Part shown: in pieces, positions 1-12,410 of the stretch | Layout of the letters: the number at the start of each line of letters is the position of its first letter | Numbering within the stretch: position 1 is the first letter of the stretch | Source of the DNA: Octopus sinensis | Taxonomy: Eukaryota | NCBI RefSeq assembly: GCF_006345805.1 | Contig: NC_043013.1 | Location: forward strand, 56,358,001 to 56,422,000 | Length of the DNA: 64,000 nt | Reading direction: 5' to 3' | Position numbers and translations under genes: made by a program | The notes under the pieces: model-generated | Database searches by the model: none | Seen by the model: the letters and a program-made list of their open reading frames with translations, nothing else | What the model was told of the DNA's origin: nothing

Positions 1-678
1 TACAAACATATGCACAATGTGCACACACTCATGCACACACACACATGCACACACATATATACAAGCACACAAGCTTGTACATATATATATATATATTATA
101 TACATCCATACATATGTGTGTATGTATGCATGTAAGCATAAAGCAGAGAGCAAAGAATAAAACTTCATCAAGCAGATTAAACATATAACAGGTTTTGAAA
201 ATATGATCCTCCGTCAATAAACTAATGCCATGGAGTGGCTTGACATAAAAAAGATGCCCTGAATGCTGATTGAGTTTACGAGTCCCTCTGGAAGAGGATA
301 CGTGAAAGAAAGTGTTGAGATATGAAAGTTTAGGGAGCTACGTGAATCATGATGATGGCAGCAGAGATGGGGTGTCATGGGTTTGTGAATCAATCTCTTC
401 TGTCCTTACTGAATGGTATTACACTCAGGTAGAATGGGAGAAATGTGGTTCGCAGTCTTGTGAAGGAATCAAAGAATGATTTATCATGGATGTATGGTAA
501 AGATATGTGAGGGAAAGCCAAAAGCAGAGAGCAAAGAATAAAACTTTATCGAGCAGATTAAACATAATATTTACTGTGTGATCAGAGTGGGTGGCATTCT
601 GGTATGATGATATAATCGCAGGATTGAAGGAAGAAGGGGAAAAAAAGACATGTTGTAGTGTGGGCCAAAAAACTTTGA

Positions 679-799
679 ATGCTCCCTGCTAGCACCAATT
701 CAGTGCTGCTAGGCATTGCTAGAGAAAGCAATACTGTTAGAAGACACCCAAATTGCTTTAATTTCCTGTTGACAGCTGAAGAAGGAAACGTTTCACTGT
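679..799 (+). mobile_element. Probable Penelope-like element 3' remnant (GIY-YIG C-terminus plus collapsed HHR)
   Basis: Manual translation MLPASTNSVLLGIARESNTVRRHPNCFN resembles the R..REAIEI..HPNNFN end of PLE endonucleases. It is followed by ACAG-CTGAAGA-AG-GAAACGT...CTGT. Confidence 0.4.
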
Positions 800-3700
800 A
801 CAAACTGTAAAATATATAAAATATTATACTAAACTGGGTAGAATCTAGCTAAGATATTTAATTCTTGTGAAGCAGAAATATGATCAAACCAAAATACCTG
901 TTATATCTAAAGGCCCTGAACATGTTCTACTTTGTTCTAACTTTCCAAATAACTTCCTAGTTTTTAATGGGAGTGACAGAGGGAACAATCTTTAGCGTTA
1001 GTATATCGATTTCTTTTTGTTTTTTTTTTTGTTTTTTCAAACCTCCTGTCTTTTCTGCTCAGTACACTTAAGTAGACATGTTGCTGTATTTGTTTAAGAA
1101 ACAAAACAAACAAAAATGTGCAAAAAATATAGCCAGTGCTTTCAGACATAATTTGTTCCACACTTACTAGAATATGTTTAGAAATAACATTATTTTACAT
1201 ATTCTTTGAGGGGCCGAAAACATCATTGTTTTCAGGATTTCTCAGCATATTTTGTTTTCCTAAAATCATTTGGAACAGACAGAATGCCTATGGAGATATG
1301 TTCTTAGAAATATTCTTAAAATATATGACAGTAAGTCTTCGATATATATGCAACCAAAAATGTCAACCAAATATATCAGCAGAGTCCTATTTTTCCCAAA
1401 AGTGCTTCGTTTCTTATCGCTGTTTTTATGATAAATGCAAATTTCTTATTTTATATGCTTCAAATAAAACAACAGTTTGTTGTTTAAGAATTATTGTAGA
1501 TGTTTGATCAAATGTTATGCAACTTGGTTCCATGTTAATGGTTGATTTAAAGAGTGACTGAAGAATCATCAGCAAAAATTACAGAAAAATCTGGATATAC
1601 TGATTAAAAACTTCAAATATTTTAATATTTTTTAAATATGTCTTTGCTCAAAAATCACTCATGAAGTTTCGTAGTGTTTTAATAACTGGTGGTGTTTGAT
1701 GGAGGCAAGAAGTCCCTATTCATGAATCTCTACAATAGAAAGCTGTACTTCAGGATCAAGTTAGCATCAAATTAGATAACCCAAAGTCATGTTTACAATG
1801 GCATGCAGCCATTCAAGGTACCCTTTCAAGGTACCCCTTCAAGGCACCTGCTCTAGACACCCACACACTCTATTTCCTCCTTTGAACAAGCCACAGACAG
1901 AAGACATATGAATTTGAAGTTCTATTTTTGAAATGGAGTGTGAAACAGTTTTTACAATCTGAAAAACTGGTGAAAGGAAGGCAGGAAGGTAGCAGATCCC
2001 GGTCTTACCTTTATACTTATCCCAGTGGTGCTCTAATTCTGTTAAATGTATCCAGGTGTCAGAGGATAGTGTTGCATCAGCAGGGAGTTAAGGGTTCCTT
2101 GCCATTTCTTTCTTTATATTTCTACTTCTCTGTTCTGGCAAAGACTGAACGAAGCTTTTAAGGTGGTGCTTTATGGTTGGATACCCTTCTTGATACCAAC
2201 CCTTTTAATTGCCTTTAAGGGCACACAGTTTGTGCTAAAATGTACAGATACAATGTATGTATAAGTAAGAACCAGGAAGCACACAGGCCTGACAGATTAA
2301 GTCAATCAGCCTAGGATGATCAATATTAGTTTCAGATATTTTTATAGCAACAAGTTCCCATAATGTCCAATTAATAAACATTTAAAACAACTTTAAAAGA
2401 CTGAACAGAAAGAATCTTATCTATTATTTCTCACTGATCAAACAATCTTAGATTCTTCATTTTCCACCTTATTTATTCACTTGAATGTCTAATGACTTCA
2501 TTTGACTCTCTAATGCTGTTTCTCTGTCTATTATGTAGATTTCACTGTTTTCACATCAGTTCTGTTTGTCTGTGGATTCCAAGACCATAATCAGCATTAG
2601 GAAACAATCTACCAATGACTTATTGATTACTTCACCTCGCTATATTCTCTAAGAGTAATCAAACTACTTTGTTATTGTCTGAAGGAAAATTATTTTGTTT
2701 GTCTTCCACTTTCTTCTCAAACCAATATCTACATTAGACACAAGACTGCCCCTTTTCAGGGAAGGAAACCTTCAATTATATCAACCCCAATGCCATATAT
2801 TTTATTAACCTTGCAAGGATGAGAAATAAAACATTGGATTTGTTCAACAGTCTGCAGATTATCCACAAAATTGTCTAACTTTATGAATTAACTACATTCT
2901 GGTATTATTTTCTGGACCATTGAACATACGTTTTATCCTGTAGGTATTGGGTGATAACTAATACATACGAAACTGCATCCAATGAAATGTGTTGTGCATC
3001 TTAAGTTTGTTCTTGAATCTTGAACTGGCTGTCATAAAAACAGAGATAAAACTCAATGCGAGACCTAATTCTCTTATGTTGCAGTCAAGCCATATTTACT
3101 TATCTAAGATTAACTCCATAATATATTGATATTTATTGTGAGTGAATTACTATCAGGTAAAAAGAAAAAGAGAAAACAAAAAGCAAAATAGCAGATAGTT
3201 GTTTAAATATTCTCTCTTTTTTTTTTTTTTTGCTTAGTTGTTCTACACACATTCACACATTGTTAAGAAGTATGTCAAACAGTAAAGTACAAGCTTTAAC
3301 TATTTCTAATGCTAACACCTGAATTTGCAGGTCTATGCACTAATGACATTTCGATCGAGAAAATCATATACAAGATATGCAATTGTGTAATTAAGACTAA
3401 ATGTTTCCTCTCTGGTGAATGTAGATGCATGTGTGTGTGTGTGTTCATGTATTCACACACACACACACACATATCCATCCATCCATCCATCTATCTATCT
3501 ATTTGTCTAGTTGGAATTTACAATAAAAAAAGGCAATGACAGGTGTGTAAACAAGAAACAGGTGTATTAGTTTAATGCTTGGGAAGGTAAGAAAGTATTT
3601 TATGTTTCAAGCCTGTGCTCTTCAACAGAAAGGAACACGAGGAAATAAACAGAGAGAATAAAAAGCTTTAGTGGCGAGCGGTCAATAGACAGACAGACAG

Positions 3701-3964
3701 ACAGACAGATAGATAGATACACGTACACAAACACACGCACACACATATACACATATACATAGGCATTTGATCTGTGTAACCGAATGCCATAAATTGTTCT
3801 TCTGGTGATCTGTTGCACTTGAAACATCCAAAGCAGATTTCAAATCAACGCCAATGGTGAAGAATACGTAGCAGCAAATGATATAAACCTGCGTTTGTCA
3901 TATTTTCTCTCCTACACTTGCTATGTATATCATAATTAGTAATACAGCAGTAGACATAATAGGG

Positions 3965-4080
3965 AATAGGTTCTGTCAACCAAACTTCATTCACAAACTT
4001 ATAGTAGAAGATACTTGCTCAAGGTGGTACAAAGTGAGATTGAACTCCTGTTCATCTGCTTTGAGAAGTAAACTTGTTAA
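3965..4080 (-). mobile_element. SINE family B (tRNA head + CORE-like), degenerate 5' half
   Basis: tagtagaagatacttgctcaaggtg..gattgaac matches the reverse complement of the family B head seen at 48132. Confidence 0.55.
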
Positions 4081-4214
4081 GACCTGTGGAAAAAACCTAT
4101 CAAAGGGGGTTGGCAGATTGTCAGCAGAATCTCTGTGAAGAATATTTTTAAGTCTTTGAGAAATATTGAAAAAGAAAGACGATGACAGTGTAATTCTCTT
4201 TGTAGCTTTCAGTC

Positions 4215-4292
4215 TATTACTACTATTACTATTATTATTATTATTATCATTATTATTATTGTTGTTGTTGTTGTTGCTGCTGCTGCTGCTGC

Positions 4293-4389
<97 letters not shown>

Positions 4390-4436
4390 GCAGCCGCCGT
4401 CGTCGTCGTTGTTGTTGTTGTTATCATTATTGTTAT
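4215..4436. repeat. Compound in-phase trinucleotide microsatellite (CTA/TTA/GTT/GCT/GCC/GTC)
   Basis: Directly visible; explains the poly-L/N/T ORFs at 3991-4463. Confidence 0.95.
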
Positions 4437-4559
4437 CAGACAACTGAAGATTATCTGACACATGTTTCAGTACATTGCAGGTGGAGAATGTTTGCTATAT
4501 TTCATGGAGTTTTCAATCTTTCAATCAAAATGTGTTTGTGTGGTGTGTGTGTTTTTTAT

Positions 4560-4613
4560 ATCTCTTTCTCGCTCTCTTGCTTTCTCTCTTTCTCTCCCTC
4601 CCTCTCCCTCCCA

Positions 4614-4670
<57 letters not shown>

Positions 4671-4739
4671 AGTCTGTGTGTGTGTATATATATATATGTT
4701 GATGTATGTGTATGCACACATACTATACATATATACATG

Positions 4740-4774
<35 letters not shown>

Positions 4775-4785
4775 GTACACACACA
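4560..4785. repeat. Compound (CT)n-(TA)n-(GT)n microsatellite
   Basis: Directly visible. Confidence 0.95.
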
Positions 4786-6308
4786 TTTCTTTATGCCAGA
4801 TATTTCTCTCTTTAATTATTTTATTTCCTCAGTTCTTTAGGACTAACTTGTTGGAGATAAAAGTTTTTGCACTACAAAAGATAATCCAAATATTTCATCT
4901 TTTGGAGTCCTTTATAAGTTATTTTTTTTATTATGAATTTTGAAAAGCTTACTTTTAGGGATTGGCAAATATTTGGTAACTCTGCAAAAAACAAACTGGT
5001 TGATTTGCTGGAAAATTGAAAGTAAAATACAAGATATAGAATAAAACAACACAAAACACCCCAAAAACAGTAAAATATGTCACTTTTTGTTTTTAAGCTC
5101 TTAAAGTGTGGCAGGAAGAGGGTAGCAAAAATACTTTAATTTTATTTATGTTCTATTTTCAGGGATTACCATGCTTCTTATCTCCAACATTTTCGGTAAA
5201 GGTTCACATTCTGCAGCTTAGTGACGTCAATGATTAATATTTTCATCTCTGTTGTGCATTTTTGTTTTCATCTTCTTTCTCAAATTTTCAATCATTTTTC
5301 CTTTCAATTTTTCTTTTTTTTTTTCAAAAATATTTTTTACAAACTAAAATTCTACAGATAAAAGCTAATTGTCTTTTTTTTTTCTCTCCCTTCTTTACCA
5401 AACAAGAAAATTCCTCCATTGAAATTTGTTTGTTAGAAGTTGGAGTGAAATAATTTCTAAAAGACTTAAACTGTAACTGATCCAGAATCTAATCAGGCCA
5501 AAAGAGAAGAATTAAGGGAATTCTGTTAAGGAAAGGGGTTAATTCCACCTTGTCGTATATTGCAGGAACTTTTTGAATTGCTTCTATATTTTGATATTGG
5601 TGAAGAGAAGAAGAGAAACATCCTTAGTCTATGTAGAACCTTCCAGAAAGAAACCGTTGATCTTTAGCATTTGTAGGTCATTACAAACTGGTTAAACTTT
5701 TACTTACTTGCAAAAAAATGTGTTAACATGTGACATTAATGACCGAGGTTACCGTGGTATTTTCCGTTGGCTTTTCTTTCCATGGATAAACCTTATCTGC
5801 TTCCCCTTTACACTTTACATCATTACATTTCTGTGATACATGATCCCTATTGATCATTTTTTCTTTTCTTGTTTTTTCCTTTCTACTATCCCTTTTGATC
5901 GAAAATCTACCCCACTTTTTTTTTTTCTCCCCAAAAAGAAAAGTTCTACATTGTAATTTGTCCCATCTGTGTCCAGCCCTGTGTGGCTAATAAAGAAACA
6001 TATTATATTATTGTTGGGTCTTGAGGAAGGGGCAGAGCCCCATGAGCCCTTTAAAACTAGTGAGGTTTATGCTGTTAATATTTTATTTAAACTATTATGG
6101 GTCAACACTCGTAGGAATGAGCTGAGTAGGAAGAAAATTCCAGAGGAATATGGTTCTAGAAAAGGACTGGATGTAGAGGAGACAAGGTGATGAGAAGAGG
6201 GAAGACTATACACCTGCCACTTTGAGAAACAGACGCTTAAAAGAGATGAAATAATGTAACTGTGGGGAAGTGTCTGAAGCATGGAGTATATCTGAGAAGA
6301 AGCATAAA

Positions 6309-6391
6309 CATGATGGCCCTTCTTACATTTAGTGTCATCATGATGGCCCTTGTTACATTTGGTGTCATCATGATGGCCCCTGTTACATTTG
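6309..6391. repeat. 30-bp minisatellite, ~2.8 copies
   Basis: Unit CATGATGGCCCTT(C/G)TTACATTT(A/G)GTGTCAT starts at 6309, 6339 and 6369. Confidence 0.9.
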
Positions 6392-6644
6392 CATGTGTTT
6401 GTGTTGTGTGTGTGTGTGTGTTGACACAAAGTACAAACATAACTGTATATTTAAGACGTTTGCTTCACTATCATGAGGCAGCATGTTCAATTATTAGTGT
6501 GTGCTACCTTCAAATAGTGACCTCTAGACCAATCTTGGATTGGCCCAAATCCAATTTTGTGAGAGATTTTGTTCTTAAAACTCAAGTCAGACCTAGTAAA
6601 GTAACCCTTTGGCCCCATGGCTTATATTCTAGTCTTCACAATTT

Positions 6645-6770
6645 CACTCTTTAAGTGTATCTAGGACAACATTAACTAATATGTCCATTCCTTATTAAGT
6701 TATGATTTTAGAGGTATTTTGCTGCTATTTTTAGCAAATCGAACAACCACACAAAACTTACCATGTTGGT
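6645..6770 (+). repeat. Dispersed repeat (MITE-like) carrying the gctgctatttctagca motif
   Basis: Related degenerate copies at ~7640-7785 (+), ~7985-8045 (-) and ~8270-8345 (-). Confidence 0.45.
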
Positions 6771-7323
6771 TCATAAGCCAATATGTTTATATTCAGTGAT
6801 CTAAAACTCATATTATTCCATTTAATAGCAAACTGAGACGCCAGTGATTTACTGATGTCAATATATGTTCTGTTGTTATCTCAATACTAAATCCAACTTA
6901 CAAATGAAAACAAATGTGATTTCTGTGAGACTTAAATTTACCAAACTTTATTGCTTTTATCACAAAACACGGTTCTGATGTGTGACACATAAATTCTGTT
7001 TTATTTTCTTGCTTCATCTTGGATATGTATGGATCCTTGCAATTATAGTTTTGCTTCACAATTAAAATCTTCATTAACAACAAATTGGAGAGGATAATTT
7101 TTTTTGTCTTTTTTAAGTGATTTTGAAGTGTTTTTCTTTTTTCTTCGATTTAGTAAACAGAATTAAATAGATTTTAATGAATTTAATGGGAAACTAGTTT
7201 TGTTTTTCTGCGACAAGATAGAAAATAAATTCGTGTTTAAGAATTATCCCTGATTAAACTGCTTATTAATAATGGAAATCAAAATATTTCCTAAGAATTT
7301 TTCCCTAACCAATATTTATAGAG

Positions 7324-7535
7324 TAAGGCTGTGCTGAGCTGGTAGAATGATTAGCATGGTTTGCAACATTCCATCCATCTTTGCATTCTGGGTTCAACTT
7401 CTGAAGTCATCTTTACCTTTCCTCTTTTTGGAGGTCAATAAAACAGGTACCAGTTAAACTCTGGGGTCGATGTAATCAACTTATCCCCTCCTTTGAAATT
7501 TCTGGCTTTATGCCAAAACTTGAAACCAATGTTTA
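7324..7535 (+). mobile_element. SINE family A (tRNA-derived), short-tail form
   Basis: gagctggtagaat..gggttcaac (B-box-like)..gtaccagt..tggggtcgatgtaatcaac..gccaaaacttgaaacc; aligns with the 63696 copy. Confidence 0.8.
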
Positions 7536-7984
7536 TAAAGATTGGCAAGAAGGAGATTACAGTTTATTTATTGTTGGTGTTGCTGTTGTCTGGCTTCAGT
7601 TTATTGTCCCTGGTCTAATAGACCTATGATCAAAGTTGCTCCTCTCATGACCATCCTGTATTTTTGAGACATAGTATATATAAGACAACATTATTTAATG
7701 TTGCCAAATTTATTTAATGGCAGTATGGTGAGATCTTTAGAGAAATTTAACTGCTATTTCTAGCAGGTCAAGTTATCATGCAAATAACTTCCTCGTGAGT
7801 TCAAATCTGGCTGAAGTTAATTTTATCTTTTGGTTGTTAAATAATAGTAAGGACATCTAAATCTCAATGTAGTTCCCTAAAATAGAGTTTCTAACTCAGA
7901 GGGGACCAAATAATGTCTAACAAATAAAAACTGGACATCACTTTGACCGCTTTAATTCGGGAATGGGTATATGTTTGAATGATG

Positions 7985-8345
7985 TATTGGAAGGAGTGTC
8001 TCTATGTGGTCAGTCAATCTGCTAGAAAGAGCAGCCAAGTAGCAAATGTTAGAGTGGTTATCAACATTTTTAATATCAAGGACAGATTCAAAACCTAGAT
8101 TTTTTTAGGAGGCTGTACCAAAAAAAAAATAAAATAAAACACAAGACAATTAAGGAAAATTTATTATTTTAATAGAGGTCAGACTGTCAGGGGCTACTGC
8201 TGCAAAGGTGCTTGAGTGCTGCAACTGAGAACTGCTTAGATTATTTTGATTGGTGAACAGATATAGATCTCAATGATTTATTGGAAAGAATACCTCTGTA
8301 TGGTTAGACGATCTGCTAGAAAGAGCAGCCAAATAGCAGCCATCA
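7985..8345 (-). repeat. Two copies of the same dispersed repeat (atctgctagaaagagcagccaa)
   Basis: The motif occurs at ~8018 and ~8310; it is the reverse complement of the motif at 6720 and 7752. Confidence 0.5.
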
Positions 8346-8644
8346 GAGATATCTCTCATAGTTAATAAGAAGAAAGGCTGTGTTGGTACAGGTATTTGAT
8401 GTGTATGAGGAGTAACAAATGCATGGAAAAGGGTCAAATAAGGCTGAGGGAAGAAGTTCATAGAAGGAAGAGATCAAAGATGATGGGATGAGAAGTGGTG
8501 GGGGGTTGATTTTAGGATCCCAAAGAAGATGACAAACAATTTCAAAAATGTTAAGACTACTCATCCATGCCAACATAGAAGAACAGATATAAAACCTCAG
8601 GATGATGTTAATGATGATGATGATGATGGTGATGGTGATGATTT

Positions 8645-8862
8645 TTCTTTTTTTACATGTTTCAGTGATTTTGCCTGTTGCCATACTGGAGCACTTCCTT
8701 TTAGTCGAACAAAGTAACCCCAGAATTTATTCTTTGCAAGCCTAGTGCTTATTATTTTGGTTCTTTTTGCTGAACTGCTAAGTTACAGGGACGTAAACAC
8801 ACCAGCATTGGTTGTCAAGTAATGGTGGGTGGACAGACATAGACACACAAATACATACATGC

Positions 8863-8898
<36 letters not shown>

Positions 8899-9055
8899 GA
8901 TGGGCTTCTTTCAGTTTCCATCTACCAAATCTACTCACAAGGCTTTGATTGGCCTGAGGCTATAGTAGAAGACACTTGCCCAAGGTGCCATGCAGTGGGA
9001 CTGAACCTGGTACTATGCGGTTGGGAAGCAAGCTACTTGCCACACAGCCACACCT
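8645..9055 (-). mobile_element. SINE family B, full length (tRNA head, CORE-like ccttgggcaagt, internal (TA)n)
   Basis: The reverse complement reads ggtgtggctgtgtggcaagtagcttgcttcccaacc..ggttcagtcccactgcatggcaccttgggcaagtgtcttctactatagcc through gactgaaac. Confidence 0.9.
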
Positions 9056-9135
9056 GATAATGATGCTGCTGATAATGATGACATGCATGTATACCCAAAT
9101 AAACAGATGTATACATATATATATATATATATATA

Positions 9136-9428
9136 TCACGTGATCACGTGACCGACCAGGCTATCAGATGTTGTTACACATCGCTGGTCACAATGCGCTT
9201 TGCATTGTTTTAGCCTTCAAATGTCGCTACCCCGCTGGCTAAGCAAGCAGGCCAACAAAAGAAAGAGTGTGAGAAAGTTATGACAAAAGAGTACAGCAGG
9301 GATCGCCAACGCCCCCTGCCGGAGCCTCATGGAGCTTTAGGTGTTTTCACTCAATGAACACTCACAACGCCCGGTCTGGGAATCGAAACCATGATCCTAC
9401 GACCACAAGTCCGCTGCACTGGGCCATT
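9136..9428 (-). mobile_element. SINE family C (tRNA-derived)
   Basis: The minus strand starts aatggcccagtg..ggtcgtaggatcatggtttcgattcccagaccggg (B box) and ends ggtcacgtgatcacgtga(TA)n. Confidence 0.8.
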
Positions 9429-9574
9429 ATATATACACAATTCTACATACACAGGCACTTCCATATACACTCTAACATATTCATATAAATGTGTGTGTGG
9501 GTATGCATACACACACACACACACACAGAGGCACACTAACGGGCACACACACACACACATGCATATATACATAA

Positions 9575-9840
9575 GCGGGGTTGTGGAATCAATCAGTGTT
9601 AGACACTAAAGCTGCTCGGGTGAACCTTACTTATTACTCTGGACAATATGTATTGTACCTCTGGGCAAGACACACTGAACTCGCCTTGATGCTAGTCTGT
9701 CTTGTTGACAAGCGACTCCAATCCATATTTCACGGATGAGTGGTTAGCAGCAGAGAGGTAATCCAGCTGAAACAGGAATTGGTAATTTGCTGCAGCCATA
9801 TGCAACCGGGAATGGCAGCTGTGAAAAATTGGATGTTAAT
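9575..9840 (+). mobile_element. Old CORE-like SINE with RTE-related tail
   Basis: ctgggcaagacacactgaac (CORE-like) is followed by gtggttagcagcagagaggtaatccagctg, resembling the RTE 3' UTR motif. Confidence 0.4.
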
Positions 9841-10690
9841 CAGGAAAATGTAAACCAAACTGGAATGAGAAACCACAATGGATGTTTATAATTTGCTGTC
9901 ATATCAAGGCAACATTATCAATTTATAATAGACTAATCTTATCCCCTGTAAACCATTTAATATGCATATACTTTTAATTCTTACCTATTTTGTTCTATCC
10001 TCCACAAATATTGGACATTTGGAAGCGACTAAATACTAAATGGAAACCTGTTCAAAATAGAACCAATATCCACCGTTCATTCTTTCCCCTATTTCATCAG
10101 TCCTTTTTCTTTCATCATCATCGTCGTCGTCATCACCGTTGCCGTTATTGTTATTGTTATTATTGTTGCTATTGTTGTTGCTGTTGTTGTTGTTGTTATC
10201 ATTTTCTAAACTCTATGTAACATAAGAAGCACTGCTGAGCCAGTAAAAGGTAGTGATGGAAGCTTATGTCTAGCGTGATAAATTATCAAACAGCGATTTT
10301 GGTCAGATTATCATACTGAAAGAATATAATGCTTCAGCAACTTTCAATATAGCTTTGAGATGTGATCTGTGGATTAAAGATTGCAGTGAAACTTTACATT
10401 ACTTTAATTCATGCATCAACAGTTAAAACTCTGTGTGTGTGTGAAAGGGAGAGAGAGAGGAAGGGTGAGAGGGAGACAGAGAGATGCAAGAATAAATGTG
10501 TATGTGTGTAAGTGACAATGTGAATATGTGTGTGTATATGTGTGTGCATGTGTGGGTGTGTCTTTGCGTTGGTGTTTCATTTTATTTTATTTATCTTTTT
10601 ATCTTTCATCAAATTCTCACTGAAATTTTCTGCTGTTTTTTGTTTTTGTTGTTTCGTTGTTGTAAATCAAATGTTACTTCTACCCCAAAT

Positions 10691-10755
10691 ATACACATAT
10701 ATATATATATAATATATATAATATATACATATTATATATATATATATATATATAG

Positions 10756-10791
<36 letters not shown>

Positions 10792-10837
10792 TATACATAT
10801 ATATATATATACATATATATTATATAATACATATATC

Positions 10838-10894
<57 letters not shown>

Positions 10895-10936
10895 ATATAT
10901 ACCTATATATATATATCTATATATATATATATCATA

Positions 10937-10995
<59 letters not shown>

Positions 10996-10996
10996 C

Positions 10997-11027
<31 letters not shown>

Positions 11028-11031
11028 ATAT

Positions 11032-11091
<60 letters not shown>

Positions 11092-11190
11092 CCTATATAT
11101 ATATATCTATATATACATATATATATATATTACATATATATATATATATATACATATATCTATATATACATATATATATATATATATATC

Positions 11191-11222
<32 letters not shown>

Positions 11223-11274
11223 CATATATAATATATATACATATATATATATATATAATATATATATATAATAC

Positions 11275-11326
<52 letters not shown>

Positions 11327-11329
11327 TAC

Positions 11330-11420
<91 letters not shown>

Positions 11421-11430
11421 ATATATATAT
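10691..11430. repeat. ~740-bp interrupted (TA)n microsatellite
   Basis: Directly visible; source of the 317-aa YI-repeat ORF. Confidence 0.97.
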
Positions 11431-12064
11431 ACCATTCACCATATTGTAAAATAATTCTAGCATTTAGGAAAGGAGAGAAAGAAGGAAAGAAAGAAAGAAA
11501 GAAAGAAGCTAAATAGATAAAAGATACGTCTGTTTGAGGGAAGGACAGAGATAGGGTTGGGATAAAAATAAATGTAGATCGTTAAAATGAAAAACATAAA
11601 TAACTTGAAGGAAATAAAGAGTTAAATCGCAAAAAATGTTAATGTAATAATATAACAGTAATCTTAATTAAAGCAAAATTTATTCATAAACACTTCTGGA
11701 CATTTCTTTGCGCAAACAACAAAACTGCAACAAGATTTATTTTATTTTCATTCTATTTTAATTTTTATTGTTTTATTTTTATTTTACTTTTATTTCAATT
11801 TTATTTTATTTTTTTCATTTTTATTTTTTTATTGCATTTTTAGTTTATTCTTTAATTTAATTTTTCTTTTATTTTTATTTTTGAGATCATCTTTGTTAGA
11901 TTATAATTTTGGTGTTTGACTTACTGGCAGCAAAAGGTTGGATATATCGGTTGGAATCCTTCTTGCATGAAACTCTGCAAACACTTTCTGCTGAGTTAAC
12001 AAAATAGACATTGATCTAAATCCACATGCGTGCAGAACATAAACTGCTGAGGAAGATTTGCTGT

Positions 12065-12410
12065 TATCACTGCCATCAGCATTCCCACCACCACCATCAC
12101 CACCATTGTCACTATTACCATCCTCCCCACCACTGCAACCTCCACCACCACCACCACCACCACCATTTCCACTACCACTGCCGTTATCTTCAACCTCTAC
12201 TACATCGTCACCAGCATCCTCCACATCATCTCAGTGCCACTATCTCCATCACCACCACCACCACCACCACCACCATCACTAGTATTTAAAAACTATCAAG
12301 TCACTGATAATGATGTTGGTAGGAAGAGAGGTTGTCATCATCATCATCATCACTTTTAGCATCACTGCCACCACAGTTGTCATCATCATTATCATCAACA
12401 ACATCATCAA
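12065..12410. repeat. (CCA/CAT)n low-complexity tract
   Basis: Directly visible; explains the poly-H/P/G ORFs. Confidence 0.9.

Noticed and set aside
3835-3900. Protein-like frame FQINANGEEYVAANDINL
   Set aside because: An in-frame stop lies just upstream and both splice sites are poor.
4441-4490. GAAACATGTG palindrome near CTGAAGA
   Set aside because: The core elements are not in the required order on either strand.
9136-9428. Possible genuine tRNA genes at SINE heads
   Set aside because: No complete cloverleaf; the heads continue into SINE bodies. No CRISPR array, rRNA or prokaryotic-type system is visible anywhere in the window.
10496-11449. 317-aa ORF, the longest in the track
   Set aside because: It is the translation of (TA)n (YIYI...), with no coding signal.
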